Assembly (NCBI GenBank): GCA_002811645.1
Contig: PDIP01000009.1
Location: forward strand, 1 to 64,000
Length of the DNA: 64,000 nucleotides
DNA from: Corallochytrium limacisporum Hawaii
Taxonomy: Eukaryota; Protista; Pluriformea
Direction of reading: 5' to 3'
Below, one piece after another: positions 11,117 to 22,682 of this stretch; the stretch's first letter is position 1, and each line of letters begins with the position of its first letter. The notes under the pieces were generated by a model. That model was not told the origin of the DNA. It did no database searches and saw nothing but the letters and a program-made list of their open reading frames with translations. The translations under genes and the position numbers were made by a program.

Positions 11117-13064
11117 GAACAAAAACAAGTCCACCCACCATACTCTTAGAATGGGAAGGCTGAGAGGAGTAGGGGAGAGAAATTTCTGACGTCCCCCCCC
11201 CCGGAGTTCCCCGTCTCGTCCTAATTTTTTCTGTTTGCAGCGGAGAGGTGACACTATTTTTATTTTTGGGTTGTTTGCGTATGTGTCATTTTTGTTGGGG
11301 TGGGAAAGTTTATAGTTTTTTAAAAATTCGAAATGGGCTTCGAATACCGCTAGCATGTAGGCAAAAGTCCACATATGGCTTAAAATCCCTACTCCCCTCG
11401 GCTCACTTTCCATTCTGTCGAAAGCCCGGTGGTGTGTGCGGCTGGCTCTCCCTATCTCTCCATTGTGGCCACTGATATACCGCAGAGCGAAGCAATGCAA
11501 AAGATTGAAGACAAGAGAAGGTAGGCGTGGACACACACACACAGAGGACAAGAGAATCCAGCCGCGACGTGGTGGTCCTCAACTACCGGCAAGTCGACAC
11601 TCCGACCTCCGTCTTTACTTGTTTCTCTGGTTTCAGAGTTTTCATCACAGTCACAAGGACCACCGTCGGAGGCATCATCTGACTTAGGGTTGTTGTTCAT
11701 CACGTACTCGAGGTTGGTGTTCTATCCTACTCCGGCTACTGTCATCTTCATTTTGTTAATGTGCTTGCTTCAAAGGCCACGACGGCCAAAGAAAGGACCA
11801 TCCCAACATCCACCTGGATGTCTGAAGAGACCAGGAGCCCGGCCGTTAATCCGGTTTGATGGATCCATCCAGCGTCATACTAGTCCTGATGCGATCATCT
11901 ATGTTTTACTATGCCCTACCAATGTTTGGATTACAATTTTCCTTTCGTTTTTATTTCCTCGTCGTGTTTGCCCTTTCGTCTTCCTATATGAATTTTATAC
12001 ATATGGGGTGGCCACCCAGTGCGTTGTGGTTTGTTTAATGGGTGTAGAAGGTGGGTGGGTGTATTAGTCCCACGTGCCAGAGCATCCGTGTGGAGCTCCA
12101 AGGGGTTTGTCCGCTCTTGATGAGCGCATCGAGAATGCTTAATCCGTCAGCAGCACTCAAACAACTAGTATAGTTCGAGCAGTGTTGAGATTGTTAGAGA
12201 GTCACAGACCATGGCCAGATACCGTGGGTCCGAGTGATTGTACCTGTGTGTCCGGCGCACCCGTGCGTCTGCGTGGAGTGCCCGTGTAAGTTGCGTCTGT
12301 GTTGCGTGTTGTGTGTGACTGTCGGTCTGTGTGGGCGTCTGTCTCTCTATTCTTCGTACTCTGCTTTTCGTCTATGTGGATGCCTGCCAGTAGGGGTGGT
12401 GTCGGGTGTATACGTAAAATGAATGTCTATATGTGATGGTGATGCACCGATAGCTGAATTGGCCGGGGTCGCGCTCCAAACTGTTGAGAGCTTACGAGCT
12501 TCCAGGGACCCTTCCCCCTCCCCCCCCCCTTTGTCCCCTTCCGGTGCCCCTCCCAGACCCTCCCCTGGTGTGTCCACTCAGCCACAAATCTTTAGCCTTT
12601 CCCCCCGCTCACCTTTTCCCCCCGCCCTCTCCTCGGCACAGATCTCCCTCACCGCCTTGTTCTACTTTCGGCCCGTTCGGTACCCAAATGACCTTTGTTC
12701 AACACCTGGAGATCAGCACATTGCGCAAACTATCGCTGAGATTCGGACTTTATGACCAAATTTGAACATTAGATTTGGTAATGGGGTGCATTTTGGGATG
12801 TGACTTTGACTTCCTCTACCAGTTGTTTTGGCAGCAACCCCGCTGTTGCATGATATCCACACGTGTGGAGATGACGATGACCTGTCGCTGATCACCGCCG
12901 GGTATTTAAGTAGATCGGATCCCCCAGGCTTTGCGAGTCAGGTTGAAGCTAATCATTAACCCGCAATTGCAAAACAAGGCGATTATATAAAAAAAAGATT
13001 TGCAACTGGCTTCTGGTCAAAGGTTCTTTCTACTGTTCTTTCAAATCTTTTAAAACAAACAAAT

Positions 13065-15233
13065 ATGGGTCGTCCCGAAGAAAAGGTGGTGACCGAAGTC
13101 GAGGAGACTGAGGTTCCCCACGTCACCCATAATGACTACAAGGAAATCACCCTCCGTGCTATCCTTCTCTCTGCTTTGCTGGCCGTCGTGCTCGGTGCCG
13201 CTAACGTTTACCTCGGTCTGCTCGTCGGTTTGACAGTGTCTGCTTCCATTCCTGCCTCTGTCATTTCCATGGCATGTCTGCGTCTGTTTAAGGACTCTAA
13301 CATCCTGGAGAACAACATTGTACAGACTGCCGCATCCGCTGGTGAGGCTCTCGCCGCTGGTGTTATTTTCACCCTGCCCGGTCTTGTCATCATGAACAAT
13401 GAGCGTGACAATGGCAACCCCGTGTTCGAGGGTGTCGAGGGCTGGGACTCCTTCATGGGCTCCAACTACTTCTACTCCACCTTCCTGGCTATGTTCGGTG
13501 GTCTCCTCGGTATTGCCTGGTCTGTCCCTCTTCGTCGCGCCCTTATCGTTGACCTCAGGCCCCGCCTGAAGTTCCCCGAAGGTGTTGCTACAGCTCAGGT
13601 GCTGAAGTCTGGTGAGCAGGGCGGCAACTCCGTCAAGGCTGTTATCGCTGGTGGCGGTCTGGGTGCTGGTATTTCTCTGCTGGAGAGCATGGGTCTGTGG
13701 TACTCCACTCTTGACTTTGGTTGGTTCTACGAGAACGCTTACCCATCCTACTTCTCCTTCGAGGTCAAGCCTGCTCTGCTCGGTGTTGGTTACATTGTCG
13801 GCCCCAAGATTGCCGGTGTGCTCATGCTCGGTTCCATCATCAACTACTGGGTCATCATTCCTGTCTCTGCTGCCATCAACGGACGCTGGAACGAGGAAGA
13901 CTGGGATGTCGATACCATGGGTGAGTTCAACGTTGCCAACGTGGCTGGTGCCGAGTTTGCCGAGACCCGCTATATTGGTGTGGGTATGATGCTGATCGGT
14001 GGTGTCTGGTCTCTGATTTCCATTCGCAAGGCTCTGGTAACTGGTATCTCTGCCGGTGTCAAGCAGTTCAAGTCCGCCTTCTCCAAGAAGAGCCGCACTC
14101 CTGAGTTCACTGAGCGCGACGAGGACATCCTGGTCCGCCGCTACGAGCGCGACGTGCCCTTCTGGTTGGTCGGTGCTACCATCGTTGCTACTATCATTCC
14201 CCTCTACGTTATGTTCAGTATCTTCTCTGATGAATGGGGCTACTGCATTGTCATGGCCATCTTTGTGGCTGTCGTGTCCTTCCTGTTCTCTGCCGTGGCC
14301 GCTTACATGGCTGGTCTGGTCGGATCTTCCAACAACCCTGTGTCTGGTGTCACCATCTGCTCTTCTCTGATTCTGTCTGGTCTGATCCTCGGTATGTTCG
14401 GCTCTGACAACCCTCTCGGACCCCCCACTGCTGTTATGATGTGCTGCGCTGTTGCTTGCGCCTGCGCCATTTCCGGTGATAACATGCAGGATCTGAAGTG
14501 CGGTCATCTGCTCGGTGCCACCCCCTGGAAGCAGGAGATCATCATGGCTGTCGGTGTCGTTTCCACCTCTTTCGTTATTGCCCCCATTCTGGAACTCCTG
14601 GACGAGGCCTACACTCTTGGTGAGGGTCTGGCTGCTCCCCAGGCTACCGTCATTGCCACCATTCCCTCTGGTATCATTTCCGGCACTCTGCCCTGGACCT
14701 ACATTGGCCTTGGCATTGGTATGGGTGCTCTGATCATCATGCTCGACAAGTACTTGGAGTACAAGCAGGCCTCTTTCCGTCTGCCTGTCCTGGCCTTCGC
14801 CATCTCCACCTACCTGCCCATGGGATACCTTTCTCCCATCTTCCTTGGTTCCTGTGTCCACTACTTGGCTGGCACCGATCCCGAGAACCAGGCCGCTGAG
14901 GGTGTTCTCTACAGCGCCGGTCTTGTCGCAGGCGACTCCATCTTCGGTATTCTGTTGGCCATCCCCGTCATTGTCACTTCCGACGCTGATGTCCTGGAGG
15001 TCGTCTCTGACCCCGTCAACTGGTTCTGGATCCTGCCCCTGGCTGCTCTCATGGGCTCCATGTACCACTTTGCCAAGAATGAGCCGTTCACTTCACAGGA
15101 CCGCCTGAGTACGGCAGAGAGCGAGACTACCCTCATGACCGATGAGAAGAAGGGCCGCAGCTTTGCCCGCGAAGAGATTGAGGGCAGTCTGGTTGACGTT
15201 AAGGATAAGGAACTGGGATACTTCCCCAACTAA
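13065..15233 (+). CDS. OPT/YSL-superfamily transporter, copy 2 (722 aa), tandem paralog of 4636-6798
   Basis: Colinear with copy 1 over its full length, down to the KDKELGYFP C-terminus; same motifs; strong C/T-ending codon bias. Confidence 0.93.
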   Translation: MGRPEEKVVTEVEETEVPHVTHNDYKEITLRAILLSALLAVVLGAANVYLGLLVGLTVSASIPASVISMACLRLFKDSNILENNIVQTAASAGEALAAGVIFTLPGLVIMNNERDNGNPVFEGVEGWDSFMGSNYFYSTFLAMFGGLLGIAWSVPLRRALIVDLRPRLKFPEGVATAQVLKSGEQGGNSVKAVIAGGGLGAGISLLESMGLWYSTLDFGWFYENAYPSYFSFEVKPALLGVGYIVGPKIAGVLMLGSIINYWVIIPVSAAINGRWNEEDWDVDTMGEFNVANVAGAEFAETRYIGVGMMLIGGVWSLISIRKALVTGISAGVKQFKSAFSKKSRTPEFTERDEDILVRRYERDVPFWLVGATIVATIIPLYVMFSIFSDEWGYCIVMAIFVAVVSFLFSAVAAYMAGLVGSSNNPVSGVTICSSLILSGLILGMFGSDNPLGPPTAVMMCCAVACACAISGDNMQDLKCGHLLGATPWKQEIIMAVGVVSTSFVIAPILELLDEAYTLGEGLAAPQATVIATIPSGIISGTLPWTYIGLGIGMGALIIMLDKYLEYKQASFRLPVLAFAISTYLPMGYLSPIFLGSCVHYLAGTDPENQAAEGVLYSAGLVAGDSIFGILLAIPVIVTSDADVLEVVSDPVNWFWILPLAALMGSMYHFAKNEPFTSQDRLSTAESETTLMTDEKKGRSFAREEIEGSLVDVKDKELGYFPN

Positions 15234-17669
15234 ATTGTGCCTTAACGTAAGTATGCAATAACCAACAACAATTTTTCCACATTCACATTTTTCCATCATA
15301 AGCAACCATTGAAAACTTGAATTTAGTACACACTTTTACAACATAGTCAACCCATATACTCACACGTTTACATTTTTTTGAAAGTCGTCGTTTTGTTTTT
15401 TTTTTGCAAAGTCGTAGTTTTGCATCCCGCGGACCGCGTCCCCTTTTTAAGCCACCCTCCCTATCTTTACCACCGGGAGTAATTAAAAAATGGGCTGGGT
15501 GCCCTTGGGTTGAGGTTTTCTAGTGGGGGCTTGTGCAGTTGCCAATTTTCGGCAGGCTCAAGAAGCTCAAAATTTCAGGCAGTTACCTTTTTCGTCCATC
15601 GCGGCGCGTTTCGTTGGTCAATATCTTCACGTTTCTTTCAGAATCATCCCAATTGTCCGCCACCCCACCCACGTACCCTACTCCCTCTCGTCGGTGTCTC
15701 TCCATATTCTCTCCCCCGTGTACCTCCCCGAATGTGCGCGCCTACTCACGCCCCGCTGAAGCTCCGTTCGGCGGGTCAGCTGTTGCAAGGAGGCAGGTAA
15801 AGAAGACCCGCATATAAACTGATACCCTAAATGTCAAGACTAAATCATTAAATGTATTTAACCACCACGCTTACGTGCGTGAAAAAATTCATTGTTAATA
15901 AAACTGCAACCCTAATTTGGGCAGAATGTCATTAGATTTGCAGGTAGAATTATTGGAATGGCGAAAGCTGACGCCTGTCCGAATCGAAAAATGATGTTAC
16001 AATATTAGGTTTTCAGCTATACTAATCACAGGTACCGCCCCTCGCAGAGCTGTGTTCAGCATAATTCTCTGTGCCTGGAATGCGCAAATCTGCGGAACTT
16101 ACGCTACCGTGGCTGAGACATCGTGTTCTTTGCTACTCCTTCATGCAGGCTACAACCACAATAGCCCATATGCCCAACAATTCCAAACGCCCGAGTTTGC
16201 ACTATGCCAACATGTGTTGGCCAACCGACCTGCCAGCCACTGAATCTCAGTTGTCAGCCGCCGTGAAATCGGCGAGGAGTTTTGTGCACAGTGGGTTAAT
16301 GCTAGCAAGGATTTACCCTTCTAAGAGCCCGAGCAGGTGCGCGAGGCAAGGGATGAGGTACACCCACCCAGTCAGTCGCAGTTAACGAGAGCTGGATAGA
16401 AGAGCCGAAAATAGTAACCAGAGCTGTGGAGATGTCGGGCAACTCGAAACATGGCCGTGAGGGTAATGCATCTACAATGACACCATTGCGCATAGGAAAG
16501 CAAATAGATAGAATTCCCCTTTAGATAGTCGAATTTCCAAAGTTAAACGCCCCCAGTAACATTACTCTCTCTCTCATTCGTTTGCCATGCATGTTGGATT
16601 CACTGTGCCCATATGGAACTATTACTTCGACTACTCCAGTGCTGTCGCCTGCACTTTTTCTCGGCAACTTTCCTCGTATTCTCTCTCCTTTGGATACACT
16701 TTGCAAATGGGGCTTCGGTTCCTGTATTTAGCTTAAACCAATGAACGAGCGATCTGTGCCACAGCAGGCAAAGACCGCTATGTGCAATTTCAGAGACACG
16801 CTGAAGGAAGGTCTTCAAATTGGTGGCGCGATTTCCGGAAGAAAATGCCCAGGGTTGAGTATCGGTGCCGTCACACAAACACACACACACAAAAAGAAAG
16901 AGACATTTGTGCAACCTCACATATCCCAGGTTGCCAAGGAGATCCGCCCATGGCCTCCCATACTTTTTATATGGCTAAGAAGAGGGCTAAGAAGAGGGCC
17001 CCTCGCTTCAATGCCCTCCTCCCTCCCTCGCGGCTCTCAACTTTTGCTCCTGGAGACACAGGCCTTCCCCCCCCCCCTCCCTTCCCCTTGGAAAGAGGCG
17101 AAGCATTGGACTGGAGAGGGCACGGGTTCTTTTGGTGGGGGGGTTATTGGGGGAGTGGGTGGGTTCACTGAAAAATCTAGGTCGCGGGCGGCGGGCCACC
17201 ACCATAGACGTTCGTTCGGACACTTACTTTGTTGCGAAAGGTTGGGGAGGTGCCCCCTGAGTGGCCCGTTTTCTTGTTTCGTTTAAGTCACCTTGGCACG
17301 TCCTTGGTTTCACTAACGAGAACTGTTTGAGTCTTCATATTCAAGTGGATGAGGTGTAGAGTGTTGCTTTTTTTGGGGTTTCCTATGCCCAAGATCAATC
17401 TATGTGCTTTCTGCGTTAGTGAGTGAACAGGAGACGTGACGGACATAGTGGTCGTCCGGGCAGGGAATCTTGGAAGAGCAGGTGCTCAAGGAAATGCATA
17501 GATCCACATTGGTTCAAGGTTTTTAATGTTCGAATTTATGCATAAACTTGATGACAGATAGAAATTTTGCAACAGAGTAAAGGGATTCACGGGATGATCT
17601 GTTGATGGCGCATTCTCGTCCTCCACTGAAAGTCTTTCTTGCCGACCGAACAGTAATACCACTTTCACA

Positions 17670-18857
17670 ATGGGCCAAAGCACAACCCCTGAACCGGTAC
17701 CCGTCAAGCCAGCGCAGGCCGCGGTGCGTGGGGACGCTAATTTAACCGTCGTTGACCCGGTTGTAGATAAGGGACGGGAAGACTTCGGTGAGGAGATCAC
17801 CGTGCGCGTCCACTTGCCAGAGAACCGCACCAAACATACTGTCTTCGTATGCCATTGCCGAGAACGAAGCTATGCACAGAATATCTTACTGGCTTGCATG
17901 AGGAAGATGAAGGTAAAGCCGCAGTACATAAATCACTTTGCCATATGGATGGAGAGCAGTGATTTGAGTCTGCAGTTACAGAGCCACCACCGACCGGCGG
18001 AAGTCCGCAAGCAGTGGCCGAAATTGGTGGCCAAGTACCGGGATATAGGTGAAGTTGCCGGGGATGTTGTCCACGTCTACATTAAGCGCAATGCGCAGAT
18101 GTACCCAGGCGATGAGGCGCTGGTGGACGACCCCAAGGCGGTGATGTTGCTCTTCAATGAATTGCTGTACAATGTCATGAACAATAAGATCCCCGTCACC
18201 CATACGGATGCACCTTACCTGGCAGCTCTCTTGCACCAAATGGGCTGCGCTGTGCAGGGTAAGCAGCTGAAGATTACCCCTCAGATCCTGCCCCATGTCT
18301 TGCCACCATCCGTGAGAGACTCTTTGTCTGATAGTGATTGGATCACATTCATAGTTTCGGAGCACAAGCGATTGGCACCGGAAAGCACCGTCGGATTGCA
18401 GAAGAAGTATCTACAGGCTCTTCGTTCCCAGCCTTTTTACGGTGCGACGCGTCACCGAGGGGTTCTCTTGCGCAAGGCTAGCCACGGCGTGGTGGAGAGC
18501 ACAAATGAACTCGCCATCGACATTTGGTTACGCATGGATCGTATGACAATTACAGAGCGCGGTAGCCTCAGTGCTATGCAGCAGTTCACTCCAGAGGAAG
18601 TCTCCTGGGAAGTCTCGGATGATGAAGACATGTTCTTCTTAGAGTGGGGTCCTCAGGATGAACCATATGCATATGAAATAGCCTCAGAGGAAGCCACCCT
18701 CATTGATGGCCGGCTAGTGGACATGCTTGACGTGCTGGACATGCAAGAAGAGGCAGCTGAGGCAGGAGAAGCCTTTGACACCCGTGTATGCATGAACATT
18801 CAGCCCACGGCCACTCTGAATTTGAGCGTGCCAAACCTGGAGGACATCTCCGAATAG
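17670..18857 (+). CDS. FERM-domain protein of the KRIT1/FRMD8 type (395 aa)
   Basis: FAIWMESSDLSLQLQSHHRP..VRKQWPKL, KRNAQM....E..VDDPKAVMLLFNE..YNV and YL..L...PFYG match the KRIT1/FRMD8 FERM signature. No ankyrin repeats seen. Confidence 0.8.
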   Translation: MGQSTTPEPVPVKPAQAAVRGDANLTVVDPVVDKGREDFGEEITVRVHLPENRTKHTVFVCHCRERSYAQNILLACMRKMKVKPQYINHFAIWMESSDLSLQLQSHHRPAEVRKQWPKLVAKYRDIGEVAGDVVHVYIKRNAQMYPGDEALVDDPKAVMLLFNELLYNVMNNKIPVTHTDAPYLAALLHQMGCAVQGKQLKITPQILPHVLPPSVRDSLSDSDWITFIVSEHKRLAPESTVGLQKKYLQALRSQPFYGATRHRGVLLRKASHGVVESTNELAIDIWLRMDRMTITERGSLSAMQQFTPEEVSWEVSDDEDMFFLEWGPQDEPYAYEIASEEATLIDGRLVDMLDVLDMQEEAAEAGEAFDTRVCMNIQPTATLNLSVPNLEDISE

Positions 18858-21549
18858 CCCGTTTCTTGTAGAATACATTCTCAGAGATGTACGTACAAAC
18901 TATGTTGTAAAGATCCTCATGCTTTGTTTTTGACCGCGAAGAGCAAGACTGCCTCTGTCAGATCCGCTTTGCTTGACGTCACGGAGGCACCATGCAAAGA
19001 TTTTAAACCCACGTCGCATACGTTTTGAACAAACGGTCTACATGTACAGTTGTAGCCTTGGGGTGGAAAAGACTCAGAGATCTCGGAGGTTTTCGGGTCA
19101 AGAGGACACCATCTCTTCATGCATCTTGACTGGCAGGAATACAATACAAAACCACAAGCCAAACAGATTCCAAGTATCGACCCTAGCCTTGTAAATGGTT
19201 GTGTAATGTAACTTAGATAGCAAGCTTGGCTATGTGAAGTATTTTGATGGCCAGCATTTCCATCTCGTTGCCATGCATTGAGACAACATAATGTAGAAAA
19301 CAGTTATCGAATTTTCATGTTACTATTTCGCACTTCATATTCTATGGCTTCCATTTGAATTTTGCTAAGTGCAAATTCATGTATCCCAAATGTCTTCAGA
19401 ATGGTACACTATTCTCTTCGAGAGTTGTTGAGCCCATTAACTCTGCCTCTGTTTAAATGTACTGGTGAATTCTTTTTTATTAACTATATTGGAATTCAAT
19501 TCACTTTCCTTGCAAGACGGCAATTGAAATTGGACACAGTCTTATCCTATCCCGCGAACAGCTCCGTGAATCGAATTCTCTTGCCTTCCGAGTACTTAAA
19601 TACATATTAATTACGGTGACAATTTCATTTATTGTCTTCTGTTCTCCCTAGAAGAATTACTTCACAGCGGAATACTATTACACTGATTGCGTTGTGAGAG
19701 CTTCCGACACCGTGCTAGCACCTGCCATGTGTATATCTTTCACGCAAAATCTCATCCTCTATGTGGCTGACAGTATTTTTGGTTTTGGACATTATGAATA
19801 TTGTAGAAGATATGTGTGTACGCGATAGGGGTCATGTATCGATGTAGAAATTGCATTGCTTCAATGGGGGCTTACTGCACTTTCTCTCCTCCGCCCCGTC
19901 CTTGGCATTTGGCGGGGGTACGTTTTCGGTTGGTCTTCGGTAGCAAGGGACAGGTAGCCATGTGCCAGCCCACCCAAAGAAATAGTTCTTGTTAGGCTCA
20001 GTATCACAAGGCATCGCTTGGGAGCACCAGCACTTGCATGAGAACAACCCGTAGCGTACAGCTACTAAACCAAATCGTTTCCCGGAGAACAGTTGATCAC
20101 TATGTACATTTCGACTGTGGGTCTATTACAAAGGGTAGCGTGGTTGGCTAAATCCTTGCAATTGCGCTCGGGACACTGACCCGCAGATTGTGACCTTCGG
20201 GTTTCACGCACTGTTGAGTCGGATCCAGTCTCCTTTTTCAGTAGCTGGAACCTGAATTTATGTGCGCTACATAATTTTTGTCAATATCTCTATCAATCTT
20301 TTGATCTCATTCCTTTATTTCGTGCTGCTTTTTCATATTACTTCTGCTCGTTGCGATGTGCAGGTTGTACATACTCTTACTAGTACCCTGCGGCCACTCT
20401 TTTATTCTCTTTAGGGTCTCCATCTACTCCACATGCGACTTGTGTTTGAGAACGGACGTGAATGGTTGTAATGAATGTTTCAGGTCGGCATAGAAATTGA
20501 ACGTCTCTGGACGATGAAATCTTCTTGTTCGGGTCGGTAGCAGTGGATATGAATGTACGGGGCACGATATGTGGGTGTGTGGCCAATGGCGTCAGCCAGG
20601 GCAAGGAACATGGCATACTGCAGTTCCCACCGCGCAGAATTGTATACTTGGTTCATGAAGAGAGGGTACAATTCGGCCGCAGATTGTAGACGCAAAGCAC
20701 TTAGGGTAAACATCTACAAAACTGTGCGGACGGACAACCAATAGTTCATTTACAGCCACTAGAGGTAGGAGCACCTCAATAATAGCCCGCATTGCTCTTA
20801 ATTCCTTGTCTTTGTCGCCATTGTGTTTGTGATCACATACATTGGGCGCCAGTGGTGGGAATCCGCTGAATCCGTCTCTTGTTGTCTCGTCGTTCATGAC
20901 GGCTTCGCAACTGCTACATTTGGCATCGGAATCTGAGGCGATTGTTCCGCCCCGCTCGTCCTTTACTCCATTCTCCTCCCATTCCCAAACTCTTCGTCCC
21001 TAGGTAATCGTTCTTTCACCGAATTTTTGGCGTTGTTGCCGCGGATGTCGCATCGATCAAGCCAACTTCCACCACTTTGCGAATCTGAGAGTTGAATACT
21101 GGGGGCCGGTATCGCCTAATGGTCTTGAAATACACACTACAAGTAGAGAGGGTAACAAATTTACCCATAGCAATCCTCAACTTTCCCAGCAGATCCCATT
21201 CTTAGACGGTCTTATGTCATTCTCAACAGCCCAGGCCAAAGCCCAAAGCGGCCGTCCCTACGCAGGCAGAAAGACGAAAGGACGAGGGCCGCCTGCTGGC
21301 AGGGAGTCACCGCAAAGTGTAAAATGAAGGGTGGGGGCCCGCTTTTCTATTGGGAAACGGGGATCAGAAGCCCCCATGCAAAGTGTGAGAGTCCCCAGTT
21401 GACCGCCTTGCGAACGCGGGCGGCACTCTTGCGGCGGAATCTAGCGACCGGTAGCTCGTACTTTAAAAGGGCTCCCGCTAAGTTGATCGCTGCTGTCCGT
21501 TCGCTGTCAGTGGAGGCTATAGAGTCGGCGTTTCAAGAAGTACCTTGCA

Positions 21550-22482
21550 ATGGCCCGCAAGCGCTCACGCAAGCGGTCACGCAAGCGGGAGCCATGGTGG
21601 AAGAAGCACAAACGGAAATTGGAGGAACGTGGGCAGAAGCCGCATCCCGGGATTCCGAAGGGTTGGCTACACTATCCGAAGGTTGGGAAACCGATTATCG
21701 TTAAAGCAGCAGCTGTAGATGGAAACGATGTGGTTATCCTACCCTTTAAGACACCACTGCATCCTGCCATGACTGCAGCCCTAGAGAAGGATTTGCGTTG
21801 GACGATTGATGATCTGTTAGCTCACTTCGATCGCGATGATGAATTTCAGCAACAAGAGAAGCAAGTCCTAGCAGGCGCAACTGGTTATCGTCTTGTTCAT
21901 GTTATTGATCTCACAGACACATCAGAGGGACGATATTACAGAGCTGCAGATCTGGAAACACGCGCGGTGAAATACACAAAACTGCGAGTCAGGGGCCAAG
22001 GCGTGCCGACCGAGGAAGAATGTAGTCGGTTTAATGCAATTTTGCGGGAGGCAGGCCTTCGGCAGAAGGATGACGAGGGAAACCAGGAAGGATATCCTGC
22101 AAATATCACCGCTCTCAGAAATTCTAGGAAACCGCCCTGTATTGGCGTTCACTGCACGCATGGCATCAACCGCACAGGTTTCATGGTCTCTCAATTTCTG
22201 TGCGAGACCACCATACAGCGCCAACAGCAGCGACAGAAAGATGATGAGGGACAGACGGAGGGCGAAGCAACAGAACCCAACAGCAAAACACAGTACACAA
22301 CCACGGTAGTGGACTCGGCAGTGGCAACGTTCAAAGAGCACCGGGCGCCTGGGATTGAGAGGCAGCAATATATCAACGCTCTGCACCGGCGATTTGATGG
22401 TACACGTTGCGTAATGCGTCTTCATGCAGATGACAGCACAAGCATTGGAAGCATCACAAATCAGGCAGAGGAAGAGCAGTAG
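21550..22482 (+). CDS. DUSP11: DUSP11/PIR1-like RNA 5'-phosphatase (310 aa)
   Basis: IPKGWLHYPKVG, ILPFKTPL, VIDLTDT..RYY, active site HCTHGINRTG, R.PGIER..Y. There is no guanylyltransferase domain, so this is not the full capping enzyme. Confidence 0.8.
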   Translation: MARKRSRKRSRKREPWWKKHKRKLEERGQKPHPGIPKGWLHYPKVGKPIIVKAAAVDGNDVVILPFKTPLHPAMTAALEKDLRWTIDDLLAHFDRDDEFQQQEKQVLAGATGYRLVHVIDLTDTSEGRYYRAADLETRAVKYTKLRVRGQGVPTEEECSRFNAILREAGLRQKDDEGNQEGYPANITALRNSRKPPCIGVHCTHGINRTGFMVSQFLCETTIQRQQQRQKDDEGQTEGEATEPNSKTQYTTTVVDSAVATFKEHRAPGIERQQYINALHRRFDGTRCVMRLHADDSTSIGSITNQAEEEQ

Positions 22483-22682
22483 TTGCTCACCATATTCCTT
22501 GTTTTGCTACATTAATTCGAATTCATCATCGTCAGTACGTTCATTACATCCGTCTCCTAACCTTTCTCACTCACCAACCACTCGGCTACAGTAAAAATCA
22601 TACACAGATGTATTACGTTACCAACACGTACGTCATTCTTGCAAGCATTTGATCTCTCTTCGGATGGGCCTCGATCTCAGAC

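Noticed and set aside
10544-11551. ORFs spanning the gap, and the flanking direct repeat as a possible LTR or mobile element
   Set aside because: The ORFs run through Ns, the repeat is best explained as unmerged contig overlap, and no transposase or RT motifs are present.
11815-11870. Hammerhead-like CUGAAGA between GGAUG and CAUCC
   Set aside because: There is no GAAA core after stem II, and the other copy reads CCGAAGA.
13050-15068. 672-aa antisense ORF
   Set aside because: It is the codon-register mirror of OPT copy 2; strong codon bias removes antisense stops, and no motifs are recognisable.
20130-20290. tRNA-like start GGTAGCGTGG, a cUUCGg hairpin and an Sm-like AATTTTTG
   Set aside because: No cloverleaf or T-loop, and no U1, U2, U4 or U5 signature sequence.
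21101-21170. tRNA-like D-arm (GCCGGTATCGCCTAATGGT)
   Set aside because: It lacks a GTTCRA T-loop and an acceptor-stem complement.
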